64,000 bases of DNA from contig OZ024749.1 of assembly GCA_964016885.1 (NCBI GenBank), positions 930,001 to 994,000 on the forward strand. Reading direction: 5' to 3'. Source of the DNA: Eledone cirrhosa. Its lineage: Eukaryota. A program made the translations under genes and the position numbers. Of the stretch, positions 11,906 to 25,432 are shown one piece after another (the first letter of the stretch is position 1; every line of letters begins with the position of its first letter). The notes beneath the pieces are model-generated. The model ran no database searches, had not been told where the DNA came from, and worked only from the letters and a program-made list of their open reading frames with translations.

Positions 11906-12896
11906 TACTAATAATAATGCTTCCAAGGAAGGTTTTTATTATGAAATAGTCTGAAACCAAATATAGTAAGAACTAAGATGACATAGATTTAAAACCTGTT
12001 GCACCATGGATGTTGCTGAATGCTGGAGTCCTGCTAGATATTTAACAAGTCTCACCTGTACTAAATATCATTAGGATAGTTTGTTGTAAAATAAAATGAC
12101 CCAACCAACCAACAAACAATAACAAAAATAATCATAATAAAAACAATCCACTACAATATATGGTTTATTATATAGTTTATGTGAAGTACTGTGGGAAACA
12201 ATAGAGTAGATGGGGAGCACGGTATCTGCTTTCTCACTCTTTTATTCATTACAAACAAAATATATTGTATTTCCTGGTGTCAAACATGCTCAGATGTTGT
12301 GGACACATCCCCATTTTGAGTTGCCAAATTTCGAAGGGGTGGGGGGTGGGGTGGGGGAATCTAGGTTTATGATCAACTTAACCTTTGGCCTTCAAGACAT
12401 GGGATAAATATTTCAGATTTATTACTAGAAAAACAAACAAAAAAAAACAGTATCTTCCATGCCAAGAAAGATAAATGGTGATAAGGAAATGAAAAAGATT
12501 GAGAAGTAAAAAAAAAAATTAATTAAGCAACAAAAGAAATGGAGAGGAGGAAGGAGCAACAGACTGTACACCCCAGTCAGAGTGGTCTGTCTCAGTGGTA
12601 CCTCCAACAACCACACAATTTCATGGGGCTCCTTCCTCAGGTGGATGTTGCACTTTTCCCCATTTTCAAAATATTGTACATTAAAAGAAATGTTAAAATA
12701 TATATTTTTTAAAATCTATTTTTTATTCTAATTATTACACAGGTTAAATGACTTCCCTGTAATGTGTCTTGTATAGATTATTTGGTTTGAACTTTGATTT
12801 AGTTACTATATATCTCAGAATATGTACAAAATAGGAAAAAATAGAGAAATTAAAACATTAAAGCAGAGGTATGAATTTTATTTTGATTCTAACCAA

Positions 12897-13163
12897 AAAA
12901 GAAAAGAAAAGAAAAGAAAAGAAAAGAAAAGAAAAGAAAAGAAAATAAAAGAAAAGAAAAGAAAAGAAAAGAAAAGAAAAGAAAAGAAAAGAAAAGAAAA
13001 AAAAAAGAAAAAAAAGAAAGGAAAGGAAAAGAAAAGAAAAGAAAAGAAAGGAAAGGAAAAGAAAAGAAAAGAAAGGAAAGGAAAATAAAATAAAATAAAA
13101 TAAAATAAAATAAAATAAAATAAAATAAAATAAAATAAAATAAAATAAAATAAAAGAAAAGAA
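12897..13163. repeat. Compound pentanucleotide repeat (GAAAA)n then (TAAAA)n
   Basis: Direct reading. Confidence 0.95.
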
Positions 13164-13379
13164 ATTTACAAAATAAATACAATAAATTGTAAAACTTTTC
13201 CTCAAGAATAAATTATTATAAACTATTGGGTATGTTTTTATTATCAGGTGGGTTTGATAAGTTTGTTAAGTTAGAGATGTTGCATTGAGAGTACATTATA
13301 TATACATAATCCATTATCATCATTTAACGTCTGCTGTCCCTGCTAGAAAGGGCTGGACTATACATACACACACACACAC

Positions 13380-13447
<68 letters not shown>

Positions 13448-13471
13448 ATGTATACCCACACATATATATAG

Positions 13472-13510
<39 letters not shown>

Positions 13511-13540
13511 TATATATATATATATATGTATACACACACA

Positions 13541-13581
<41 letters not shown>

Positions 13582-13599
13582 TATACGTGTATGCATTTG

Positions 13600-14475
13600 T
13601 TCCTTTGGGTGATGTATTTCATCAGGAGTAAGTCCATGGAAGGATCCAGCATAAGACCTCAAATGGGGACAGGGAATATTCACAGACCTTGACTTTGCTG
13701 AACGTCTTGGACCCCCTTAGTTCCTTGTCTATGGTAATTCATGACATGACCAGCTGTCTTAGCAACAGCAGCTCAAATGTTGGTCTTCAATCCTCACATC
13801 AACATTGAAAAGATATATTGATGGGAAGGTTGAAAAGCAACCAGTCCAGCTGGATGGCAGACTCCTGAGATGGTTGACTCCTTTGCATATCGGAGTAGTG
13901 TCCTCACTAAAAACCTGGTGGCAACTCAAGAACTGATGTGGAAAAGACACATGGCAAAGCTGTAGCAATCTTTCAGTGCCTGAGGCCTGTATGGTTCAAC
14001 TCCACCATTATCCAAGGTACAAAGCACTTGCCTGTATATGCTAATAATTTTGCCAACTGTAACATATGCTTGCAAGACAGAAAAAAGACCTGTAGTATCT
14101 ACAGAACTGCAGAAGTCTTTCATAGACGATGCCTGTGAACCACATTTAGGATTTGTTGGGAGTGACCACATCACAAATGAGGAGGGGATGGAATGGGCCA
14201 CCTGACTGAGCAATCTGTGGAATACCATCAGCATACAGTGGCAGAACATGCTCGGTCACTTGTTACATATGTCTGCAAAGTGACCAGTGAAGGACTCCCT
14301 AGAATGGAAGCCAGAAAGGCAGCATGGGAAAGAAGGCTCATCAAGGCCCGATAGACATGGGCTTGACCTAAGTACAGGTCCATGGCAGAGAGGGCTTAAA
14401 ACTGTGTGGAATGGAATTCTCTCATTGCCCAATACTCCTTAGGGAGCAAAAGGAACTAAAGAAGAAGAAGAAGAA
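13600..14475 (+). mobile_element. Old RTE/BovB-type LINE 3' fragment
   Basis: Broken frames give KAVAIFQCLRPVW, VFHRRCL and W.DHITNEE. Ends in a (GAA)n tail. Confidence 0.75.
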
Positions 14476-14510
14476 TGTATATATATGTATGTATATATAT
14501 ATATATATAA

Positions 14511-14705
14511 GTTTATCCCGGGTTCAATCGGGGGTAACCACAGTAAGTAAGGTACTCAATACATAGCAGAGTATAAATATTTAATATAGAAATGGCTTCT
14601 ACAGGTCTAGAACTGTTTAATTCGGAAGAAATCATCAGGAAAGCTTTCCTGATGATTTCTTCCAAATGAAACAGTTCTAGTCCTGTAGAAGCCATTTCTA
14701 TATTA
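14511..14705 (-). mobile_element. Fold-back PLE pLTR derivative with hammerhead core (same family as 17620-17760)
   Basis: Arms ~14583-14643 and 14644-14705 around the axis GGAAAGCTTTCC. Right arm reads CTGATGA-TTTCTTCCAAAT-GAAA-CAG...CTG-TA-GAAG. Tail 14511-14582. Confidence 0.82.
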
Positions 14706-14713
14706 TATATATA

Positions 14714-14759
<46 letters not shown>

Positions 14760-14852
14760 CGTTATGTACAAACATCTACATACATATGGATATACTCAGA
14801 AATAAACAAGAATACAAAGCAACTTTAAAGCAGGCACTGCATTTGATACTAG

Positions 14853-15888
14853 CATGGTGTTGGTGGTGGTAGTGGTAGTGGTGGTAGTGTTGGTGGTGGT
14901 AGTGGTAGTGGTAGTGTTGGTAGTGGTAGTGGTAGTGTTGGTAGTGGTAGTGATAGTGGTGGTAGTGTTGGTGTTGGTAGTGGTAGTGGTGGTAGTGGTA
15001 GTGGTAGTGTTGGTAGTGGTAGTGGTAGTGGTAGTGGTAGTGTTGGTAGTGGTAGTGATAGTGGTAGTGTTGGAGGTAGTGGTAGTGTTGGTAGTGGTAG
15101 TGGTAGTGGTAGTGTTGGTAGTGGTAGTGGTAGTGTTGGTAGTGGTAGTGGTGGTAGTGGTAGTGGTAGTGTTGGTAGTGGTAGTGGTGGTAGTGGTAGT
15201 GGTAGTGTTGGTAGTGGTAGTGATAGTGGTAGTGTTGGTGTTGATAGTGGTAGTGGTAGTGTTGGTAGTGGTAGTGGTAGTGGTAGTGTTGGTAGTGGTA
15301 GTGGTAGTGGTGGTAGTGTTGGTGTTGATAGTGGTAGTGGTAGTGTTGGTAGTGGTAGTGATAGTGGTAGTGTTGGTGGTAGTGGTAGTGTTGGTAGTGG
15401 TGGTAGTGGTAGTGGTAGTGTTGGTGGTAGTGGTAGTGTTGGTAGTGGTAGTGTTGGTGGTGGTAGTGTTGGTGGTGGTAGTGGTGGTGGTGGTGGTAGT
15501 GTTGGTAGTGTTCGTGGTAGTGTTCATGGTAGTGGTGTGGTAGTGTTCGTGGTAGTGGTAGTGTTGGTGGTGGTAGTGGTAGTGTTGGTGGTGGTAGTGG
15601 TAGTGTTGGTAGTGGTAGTGTTGGTGGTAGTATTGGTGGTGGTAGTGGTAGTGGTAGCGTTGGTGGTGGTAGTGTTGGTGTTGGTGGTAGTGTTGGTGGT
15701 GGTAGTGTTGGTGTTGGTGGTAGTGGTAGTGTTGGTGGTGGTAGTGTTAGTGGTGGTAGTGGTAGTGGTAGCGTTGGTGGTGGTAGTGTTGGTGGTAGTG
15801 GTAGTGTTGGTGGTGGTAGTGTTGGTGGTAGTGGTAGTGTTGGTGGTGGTAGTGTTGGTGGTGGTAGTGTTGGTGTTGGTGTTAGTGG
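14853..15888. repeat. Trinucleotide-derived (GTG/GTA/TTG) low-complexity array
   Basis: Direct reading; explains the poly-V, poly-T and poly-HY ORFs. Confidence 0.95.
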
Positions 15889-15932
15889 ATGTATATGTAT
15901 GTGTGTATGGATGCATACATATATATATATAT

Positions 15933-16285
15933 GTAGGAGGTGAGTTTTATTGTAGTACAATAAAGCAATGCAAATATCGGATAAGTAGCACTCTACAGTT
16001 TGTAGGACTGGAGTATATATAATATATAAGATCAAAAGATGGTTAAAAGAGTTCTATGTATTTTATTATGCGCATTTCAAAAACAAATATCATCATGCGA
16101 TCACATTTGCGTTTTCGTCAGATAAAATAGGGAGACATGATATGAAGGTTAAAACACACTTGTGGATAGTGAAGTTTTAAGTCAACATATTTAAAACTGA
16201 AATGTCATCGCATGGTGATATTTGTTTTTGAAATGCGCATAATAAAATACATGGAACTCTTTTAACCATCTTTTGATCTTATATA

Positions 16286-16290
<5 letters not shown>
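15933..16290 (-). mobile_element. Fold-back PLE pLTR derivative with hammerhead motif
   Basis: Arms ~16020-16100 and 16210-16290. Minus strand reads TATTTTAT-CTGACGA-AAACGCAAATGT...ATATTTGTTTTT-GAAA-TGCGCA-TA-ATAAAATA. Confidence 0.8.
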
Positions 16291-16341
<51 letters not shown>

Positions 16342-16724
16342 GGAGGGGGTGAGGGAGAGGGAGGGGGTGAGGGAGGGAGAGAGAGAGGGAGGGAGGGGGA
16401 GAGAGAGAGAGAGAGTTAGTTGCACAACAAATTAGCAAACAATACTCGACGAAGCATGTGTCACCAAGGGGATCTTCAACCCGTTTATGGTTGACATTGT
16501 GGAAGTAACTCTCTCAAACTCGTCCTTTAGACTCGGTGCTCTCCTTACTATCGATATAACCAAGTTTTTTTTTTACCACTATATATATATATATAAATAA
16601 ATATGTATGTATACATGGATGGATGTATGTATGTATGCATAGATGGATGGATGGATGAACGGGGGTGGGGGGGGGATGTGTGTATATATGTATGTATGTA
16701 CATATGTGTGTATATATGTATGTA

Positions 16725-16767
<43 letters not shown>

Positions 16768-17348
16768 TTCTTTTTATTTATTTATTATTATTATTATTTT
16801 TTTTTTTCTTGTCGTGCAATGGCCATACTCGATAACGAGGGGGCAGCCATCATCATGTACATATGTATCTATTTATGCATATGTGTGTGTGTAATATAAG
16901 TGTGGAAAATGAAGAGAGAGCAAATGGGCAAGTTAATTAAAGAGAGGGAGGGGGGAGAGAGTGTGAGTGTTGTGGCAAGGGGGAGAGAAACATGAAAAAA
17001 TGAGTGCAGGTGTTAGTAAAAAGTAAAATAACATATGTGTTTCTATCATTTCACTGTAGTGCACCAGCTGCACCATCAACACCATCAACACCTGCAACAC
17101 CAGCAACACCAACAACAACAGCTACACCAACAACACCAACAACAACAACACTACCAATGTTGGGAGCATGTACATGTTTCTATTTGTATATGATTAGATA
17201 TATACATATTCATAAACACCCCCTCCCCACACATACGTATATATATATATACACACACACATGTGTATATATATACATATACATATATATATATATACAC
17301 ACATAAATATATATATACACACATAAATATATATATATACACACACTC

Positions 17349-17379
<31 letters not shown>

Positions 17380-17400
17380 CATAGTTATATATATATATAT

Positions 17401-17483
<83 letters not shown>

Positions 17484-17508
17484 CATATATATATATACAC
17501 ACACATAC

Positions 17509-17541
<33 letters not shown>

Positions 17542-17562
17542 CAAATATATATATATATATAA

Positions 17563-17616
<54 letters not shown>

Positions 17617-17703
17617 AAATAAACGTTCTTCCGGGTTGAATCGGAGGTAACCACAGTAAGTAAGGTACTCAATACATAGCAGAGTATAAAAGTTTTAATA
17701 TAG

Positions 17704-17760
17704 ATGAGATTCTACAGGACTAGAACTGTTTCATTCTTTAGAAATCATCAGGAATCTCAT
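17704..17760 (-). ncRNA. Type I hammerhead ribozyme motif within a short PLE pLTR fragment (17620-17760)
   Basis: ATGAGATTC-CTGATGA-TTTCTAAAGAAT-GAAA-CAG-TTCTAGTC-CTG-TA-GAATCTCAT: 9-bp stem I, 4-bp stem III, GUA cleavage triplet. Confidence 0.78.
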
Positions 17761-17810
17761 ATATATAAATATATATACACAGATATATATATATACATAT
17801 ATATACATAC

Positions 17811-17855
<45 letters not shown>

Positions 17856-17939
17856 CATACATATATATATATATATACATACATATATATATATATATAT
17901 ATACATACATATATATATATACATACATATGTATATATG

Positions 17940-17970
<31 letters not shown>

Positions 17971-18024
17971 ATATATATGTGTATGTATATATATGTATAT
18001 ATATATGTATATATATATATATGG

Positions 18025-18056
<32 letters not shown>

Positions 18057-18072
18057 GTATATATATACATAC

Positions 18073-18121
<49 letters not shown>

Positions 18122-18247
18122 CACATATATATATATATACATATATATACATACACATATATATACACATACATATATATATATATGTATACATATATAC
18201 ACATACATATATATATACATATATATATACATATATATATATACATT

Positions 18248-18302
<55 letters not shown>

Positions 18303-18372
18303 ATATACATATATACATATACATATACATACACATATATTTATATATAAACATACACATATATATATATAC

Positions 18373-18403
<31 letters not shown>

Positions 18404-18546
18404 AAAACATACATATATAAACATACATATATATATATATAACCATACATATATATATATACACATACATATATATACACATATATATACAAACATATAT
18501 ATATACATATATATACAAACATATATATATACATATATATACAAAC

Positions 18547-18585
<39 letters not shown>

Positions 18586-18752
18586 CATATACATACATAC
18601 ATACATATATATATATACATATATATATACATACATATATATATATACATATATATATACATACATATATATATATATACATACATATATATATATACAT
18701 ATATATATATATACATACATATATATATATACATACATATATATATACATAC

Positions 18753-18787
<35 letters not shown>

Positions 18788-18842
18788 GACATATACATAT
18801 AAACACACATATATACACATATATATACACACATATATACAC

Positions 18843-18887
<45 letters not shown>

Positions 18888-18939
18888 TATATATACATAT
18901 ATATACGCACATATATCTATATATACACATATATATATA

Positions 18940-18977
<38 letters not shown>

Positions 18978-18996
18978 CATATATATATGTATATAT

Positions 18997-19033
<37 letters not shown>

Positions 19034-19246
19034 TCATCATCATCATCACTCGTCGACTACTGTCGAGATGACGGATCTTACTCTCATGCCCCAGAATCCC
19101 CTGTCCCCCAGGTCCCGTCTACTGATTCCCGTATCCCTAGAGATAACGTCAGGGAATGACAGCTTCCTACTCCTAGTCAGGCCGGAGTCAGGGTTCCAGG
19201 GCAAGAGAGCGGATATGATTTCATTGCTGGCACGGTGACAGTGGCC
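19034..19246 (-). mobile_element. RTE-type LINE 3' end fragment
   Basis: [11 protein letters not shown]...[17 protein letters not shown], followed by a (GAT)n tail. Confidence 0.6.
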
Positions 19247-19281
<35 letters not shown>

Positions 19282-19764
19282 CATATACACACATACACAT
19301 ATACACACATACATATCTATATATACACATACATATGTATATATATATACATACATATGTATATACACATATATATGTATATATATATATACATACATAT
19401 ATATATATACACACACATATATATGTATATATACATACATATATAAATTCACATATATATGTATATATATACATACATATATATATATATACATATATAT
19501 GTATACATACATACATATATATACAAATATGTATATATACATACATATATATATACACAAATATATGTATATATATATACATACATATATATATATACAT
19601 ATATATATCTCTCTCTCTCTATATATATATATATACATATATATGTATATGTACATACATATATATATATATATACACATATATACATTGATATATATAT
19701 ACATATATATGTATATATACATACATATATATATACACACATATATATATACATACAAATAAAA

Positions 19765-20170
19765 TATAGAGTTATTAACTCATATAGATACCCTGCAATT
19801 AACAAGCTCAGAGTATAAATACTGAGCATTACAATATTAATATGTGTAGAAGTAAACACAGTAAACCCGTGTCTACAATTACGAGGGTAGATTACAGCAC
19901 AAATGTTATATATTATTCAACCTGAATCATATGGGAAGTTACAAGATGTCTTACAAGATGTCTTACAAGATGTCTCACACATACCATATCAATAACCATT
20001 TCATCTCCCGGACAGACTAAAGATTTAATCTGTTTAGCCCCGAGTGAATCGTGTCTGTAACAATCCGTGGGCATGATTCAAGTTGAATGATATATAACAT
20101 TTGTGGTGTAATCTACCCTCGTAATTTTAGACCCGGGTTTACTGTATTTACTTCTACACATATTAATATA
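19765..20170. mobile_element. Fold-back element without a recognisable hammerhead core
   Basis: Arms ~19834-19929 and 20072-20168. The spacer contains (TTACAAGATGTC)x3. One-sided tail 19765-19833, inside (TA)n. Confidence 0.72.
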
Positions 20171-20282
<112 letters not shown>

Positions 20283-20386
20283 CATATATATACATATATA
20301 TATATATACATACATATATACATATACATACATATATACATATACATACATATATATATATATATACATACATATATATATATATA

Positions 20387-20422
<36 letters not shown>

Positions 20423-20577
20423 TACCTATATACATATATATATATATATATACATATATATATACATACATATAGATACATATATACATACATATATATA
20501 TATATACATACATATATACATACACATATATACATATATATATACATACATACATATATATATAGACATATATACAT

Positions 20578-20622
<45 letters not shown>

Positions 20623-20641
20623 TACATATATATATACACAC

Positions 20642-20674
<33 letters not shown>

Positions 20675-20821
20675 TATATATATATACATATATACACACA
20701 TATATATATATACATATATACACATATATATATACATATATATACATATATATATACATATATACACATATATATACATATATATATACATATATATACA
20801 TATATATATACATATATATAC

Positions 20822-20867
<46 letters not shown>

Positions 20868-21190
20868 ATATATATATACATATATGTATACATATATATA
20901 TATATATATACATATATGTATACATATATATATATATATACATATATGTATACATATATATATATACATATATATATACATATATATACATATATATACA
21001 TATATACACATATATATACATATATATATACATATATATATATATCCATATATGTATACATATATATATATATACATATATATATACATACATACATATA
21101 TATATATATATACATATATATATACATACACACATATATATATACATATATACATTCACCATACACATATATATACATGTTTATAGATAT

Positions 21191-21293
<103 letters not shown>

Positions 21294-21434
21294 CATATAT
21301 ATATGTCCATATATCTATATATATGTCTATATATATATATATATGTCTATATATATGTATGTATATATGTATGTATATATATATATGTATGTATATGTAT
21401 ATATGTATATACGTATATATATATATATATATAT

Positions 21435-21467
<33 letters not shown>

Positions 21468-21545
21468 CATATGTCTATATATCTATATGTATGTACATAT
21501 CTATGTATGTATATATATACATATACATACATAGATATATCCATA

Positions 21546-21649
<104 letters not shown>

Positions 21650-21930
21650 CATGTATGTATATAAATATATATATAAGAAAGTAAGTTTTTTTTACATGTC
21701 CCACATCGGTAAAAATATACACATATATACATATATGTCTATATATATATTTATATATACATATATATATACATATGTTTATATATATACATATGTCTAT
21801 ATATACATACAAATGTCTATATATAAATACATATTTCTATATATACGTATATGTCTATATATATTCACACACACACATTTTCGCTACAATGTTTTCTATA
21901 CCTTTCATTTATATATATATATATATATAT

Positions 21931-21974
<44 letters not shown>

Positions 21975-21980
21975 GTCTAT

Positions 21981-22013
<33 letters not shown>

Positions 22014-22032
22014 TACATATGTATATATATAT

Positions 22033-22101
<69 letters not shown>

Positions 22102-22104
22102 TAC

Positions 22105-22503
22105 ACGGGTGTATATGATTGTATGTAGAAGATTATATTAATAAAAGGAATTCCAACTTTGTCTGATTTACTCGTTTTATTTACAATCCTTTAAAATATA
22201 TAATGGTATTAGAATGAAATAGTATGGTAGAATATTAAATGTTAAGTGTTAATTGAACAAGTACTTTCATGCTTTCGCAATCTTCAGGTTCAAATTGTGT
22301 GGTGCAATTTTCAACAGTTGAAAATTGCAAACTTGACCGTCACCACAGAATGTGAACCTGAAGATTGCGAAAGCATGAAAGTACTTGTTCAACTAACACT
22401 TAACATTTAATATTCTACCATACTATTTCATTCTAATACCATTATAAATTTTAAAGGATTGTAAATAAAACGAGTAAATCAGACAAAGTTGGAATTCCTT
22501 TTA

Positions 22504-22510
<7 letters not shown>
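22105..22510 (-). mobile_element. Fold-back PLE pLTR derivative with minimal hammerhead motif
   Basis: Arms of ~160 bp (22133-22292 and 22353-22510). TGAAC-CTGAAGA-TTGC-GAAA-GCATGAAAGTAC-TT-GTTCA is present in both arms. Confidence 0.8.
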
Positions 22511-22547
<37 letters not shown>

Positions 22548-22829
22548 TGTATATATATGTTATCCATGGTACATCAAAACATTGCTTGGAGAAAAAAATG
22601 CTAACAACAATAAACCCCCTCCAGAAAAAATGAAACATGTTGAAAAAGAGGAAGCAGTGATGCCTTGTTACTGCCAAAAGCAACACTATTATTAACATCA
22701 ACCTGACACATTGCCTTACTTATATATATATATATGTATATATATATACTACATATATATTGTGTGTATATATATAATATAACTTTCAAATGATCTCTAA
22801 AGTAGGCAGATAGTTTTAAAAGTGGAGCT

Positions 22830-22939
22830 TATATCTTCATTAAATGCAATACCCTACTTCTTTCACCCCTGACAGAAAAAAAATGAAAAACGATGCAGGC
22901 AACATACACAATGCTATTAAAGAATTTTTCAGCAAGACC

Positions 22940-22942
<3 letters not shown>
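22830..22942. mobile_element. Probable mariner-type terminal fragment
   Basis: Ends in gaatttttcagcaagaccg-TA, TIR-like and abutting (TA)n. No partner TIR seen. Confidence 0.35.
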
Positions 22943-23003
<61 letters not shown>

Positions 23004-23004
23004 T

Positions 23005-23071
<67 letters not shown>

Positions 23072-23109
23072 ATATATATATACATATATATATATATTTA
23101 TATATATAC

Positions 23110-23148
<39 letters not shown>

Positions 23149-23344
23149 CATATGTGTATACATTAGCATGAACATCCTGCATCTGGGTCTGATGGATCAA
23201 CACTTGGTTCTGGAGGCTTGAGTTCAATATCTGGAAAGAAATTAGGTCAAGGAAAATACCAAGTTCTGAAATTTGCTTTTAAAAATTATTCTTTTTTATA
23301 GCACATATATAAACTGAAGAGGTTATTATCATTTTGATTCGACA

Positions 23345-23720
23345 GTGAAGGCAGGACCAGCCCACGAACAGGACACGACTATGTAGTGCCAAAGATCCCG
23401 TCCATCACATCGACAATATGAACCACATACTGCAATAGCCTGGGGTTCAAGGGACCCCAGGCTTTTAATTACCTGACAAAGTGTTTGAGAAATCTGCATG
23501 ATGTGTATGTGGATGTTTTCGAGAGACATCTTGACATTCTGCTGACCAGGATCGCAGATGAACCCACAGCATAAGGCAATTCACAAATAAGAGCAACAGA
23601 AACAAACTCCCATTTACAACTTAATGGCCAACTAGGGAAGGCTAGCTATAGAAAGTGTAGAATCAATGGTGGTGCCCCAGCATGGCCTCAACCTATCAGC
23701 TGGAATACGAAATAGAAAAC
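23345..23720 (+). mobile_element. CR1-type LINE 3' end fragment
   Basis: VVPKIPS...YCNSLGFKGPQAFNYL.KCLRNLH.V.VDVFERHLDILLTRIADEP, then the tail ggtggtgccccagcatggcc. Confidence 0.75.
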
Positions 23721-23914
23721 ATATCAAATGTATACATATACACCACAAAATTAACTGGATGGGTTTTTAATCACCTCATTAGAAGGAACATTTTTGACAA
23801 ATTCAGTGCAAGGAAGTAAAACAATTGGTTTAAACCTGATGTAAGTATAGTTTCTAAAGTAGGAAAATACACATGGTTATATGTGCAGAAACAATTGTAG
23901 AGGATTCTACTTAC

Positions 23915-23950
23915 CATTTGTAAGCTCCATTTTGTTGTTAATTATAAGCC
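23915..23950 (-). other. Candidate 36-nt exon of an unidentified gene
   Basis: Minus strand tttctgtatgttccttttacAG|GGCTTATAATTAACAACAAAATGGAGCTTACAAATG|GTAAGTag. Splice signals only. Confidence 0.3.
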
Positions 23951-24214
23951 CTGTAAAAGGAACATACAGAAATATTCTGATCCAATTAAGGTAAACACAG
24001 AATGGAATTTAACACCCATCTATTTGATCATCATCTTCTGAAACTTCCCTGAACCAACAATTTACAATGATTCGGAAAGAAGCTGATAAGATGATGTTGC
24101 TTTTGTTTACATAAATTTTCACCATCTTTCACTTCAGTAAATGTATATTGAAAGTTAGCTGTTTGTATAACCTTCCTGTTTCCTCAATCTTTCTATTTCT
24201 TCTTTAATTTCTCA

Positions 24215-24345
24215 TTCTATCTCCTGATGAAGGACTAGCGTCCAAAACATTAAGACTATTTTCTTACTATATCAAGTGTAAAACTAATATATTTCTTCAT
24301 TGTACTGTGTCGTTTGCTTTGTTATTTCTATTTACCTTTTGCCTA
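24215..24345 (+). mobile_element. Decayed PLE pLTR fragment with hammerhead-like motif
   Basis: CTGATGA-AGGACTAGCGTCC-AAAACATT, consistent with CpG decay of ...CCGAAACGTT. Confidence 0.5.
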
Positions 24346-24409
24346 CACACACACACACACACATATATAGATATAATCGTAGTACTAATATTATAATATA
24401 GTTATAATA

Positions 24410-24512
24410 TTGTTTCTACTTTTGGCACAAGGCCAGCAATTATCCCAGTGTATTACTGGTACTTTATTTTATCGACCTCCTAAGGATGAACTCAGACCAT
24501 AAGGGGCCGTAA
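24410..24512 (-). mobile_element. SINE family A, partial
   Basis: Same 3' consensus. Confidence 0.8.
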
Positions 24513-24625
24513 GTATACTCATTTACAGGGTGCACATTTATAAGTTTATAATTGAAAAATTGTTAACTATTTGAACTTTTAACTCTTTTCCTTTAAAACA
24601 ATATCTCTAATACGTTTCTTTAACC

Positions 24626-24856
24626 AACATATCCTAACTATATATATATCTCACATATCCTAACTATATATATATATATATCTCACATATCCTAACTATA
24701 TATATATATATATATATCTCACATATCCTAACTATATATATATATATAGTTAGGATATGTGAGATATATATATATATATATTTCTCTCACATATCCTAAC
24801 CATATATATATATATATCTCACATATCCTAACCATATATATATATATATATATATA
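24626..24856. repeat. Tandem TCTCACATATCCTAAC(TA)n units, one inverted; more units at 25355-25430 and 26895-26955
   Basis: Direct reading; inverted unit tagttaggatatgtgaga at ~24747-24764. Confidence 0.85.
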
Positions 24857-25340
24857 GTTTTAGTTCCTGTCTGTTTGTTTGTTTGTTTGTTCACGAACTC
24901 CTCCTATGGTTTTGGAGATAGACCCCCCATAACCATATACATTCTGAAACTACATTGCCTAGGGTACTTGGATAAGTATATTTCATTTTAATCAAAGGGT
25001 TCCCGGGGGTACAAACCCCCGCTGAAAATATTTTCATTTCGATTTATATGAAACATAAACCATAGGTAAATGACAAGATATGATGCATATTCATAAAAGT
25101 TTTGAATTGATATTTTGAAAAAATTATTTACAAGAAACAAAATAAGAATAGGATTTAATAATGTAATTTGATATAATTACAAAAAATAATGTTTTCCAAT
25201 TTTTCCTGCATTACATTTTATATTGAGTAATATTGAAATACAGAGTTTTTCTCCATAAATTATATCACAGATTTAAAATCAATCATTTTCTTACAAAATA
25301 AAATGTGTGAAACGCAGCAAGGCGTGGGTAATTTGGCTAG
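24850..25340 (+). mobile_element. Non-autonomous Helitron-like element
   Basis: 5' (GTTT)n/CTGT microsatellite; 3' GC-rich hairpin remnant acgcagcaaggcgtgggt followed by CTAG|T (25337-25340). Confidence 0.65.
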
Positions 25341-25432
25341 TATTATATATACATTTCTCTCACATATCCTAACCATGCATATATATATATATATATATTT
25401 CTCTCACTTATCCTAACCATATATATATATAG

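Noticed and set aside
11996-12055. 60-nt minus-strand open segment (VRLVKYLAGLQHSATSMVQQ) as an exon
   Set aside because: Weak acceptor and donor; no recognisable homology.
14776-16035. Pro/His/Tyr-rich, poly-Thr and poly-Val ORFs
   Set aside because: All frames come from one trinucleotide array; no splice or domain evidence.
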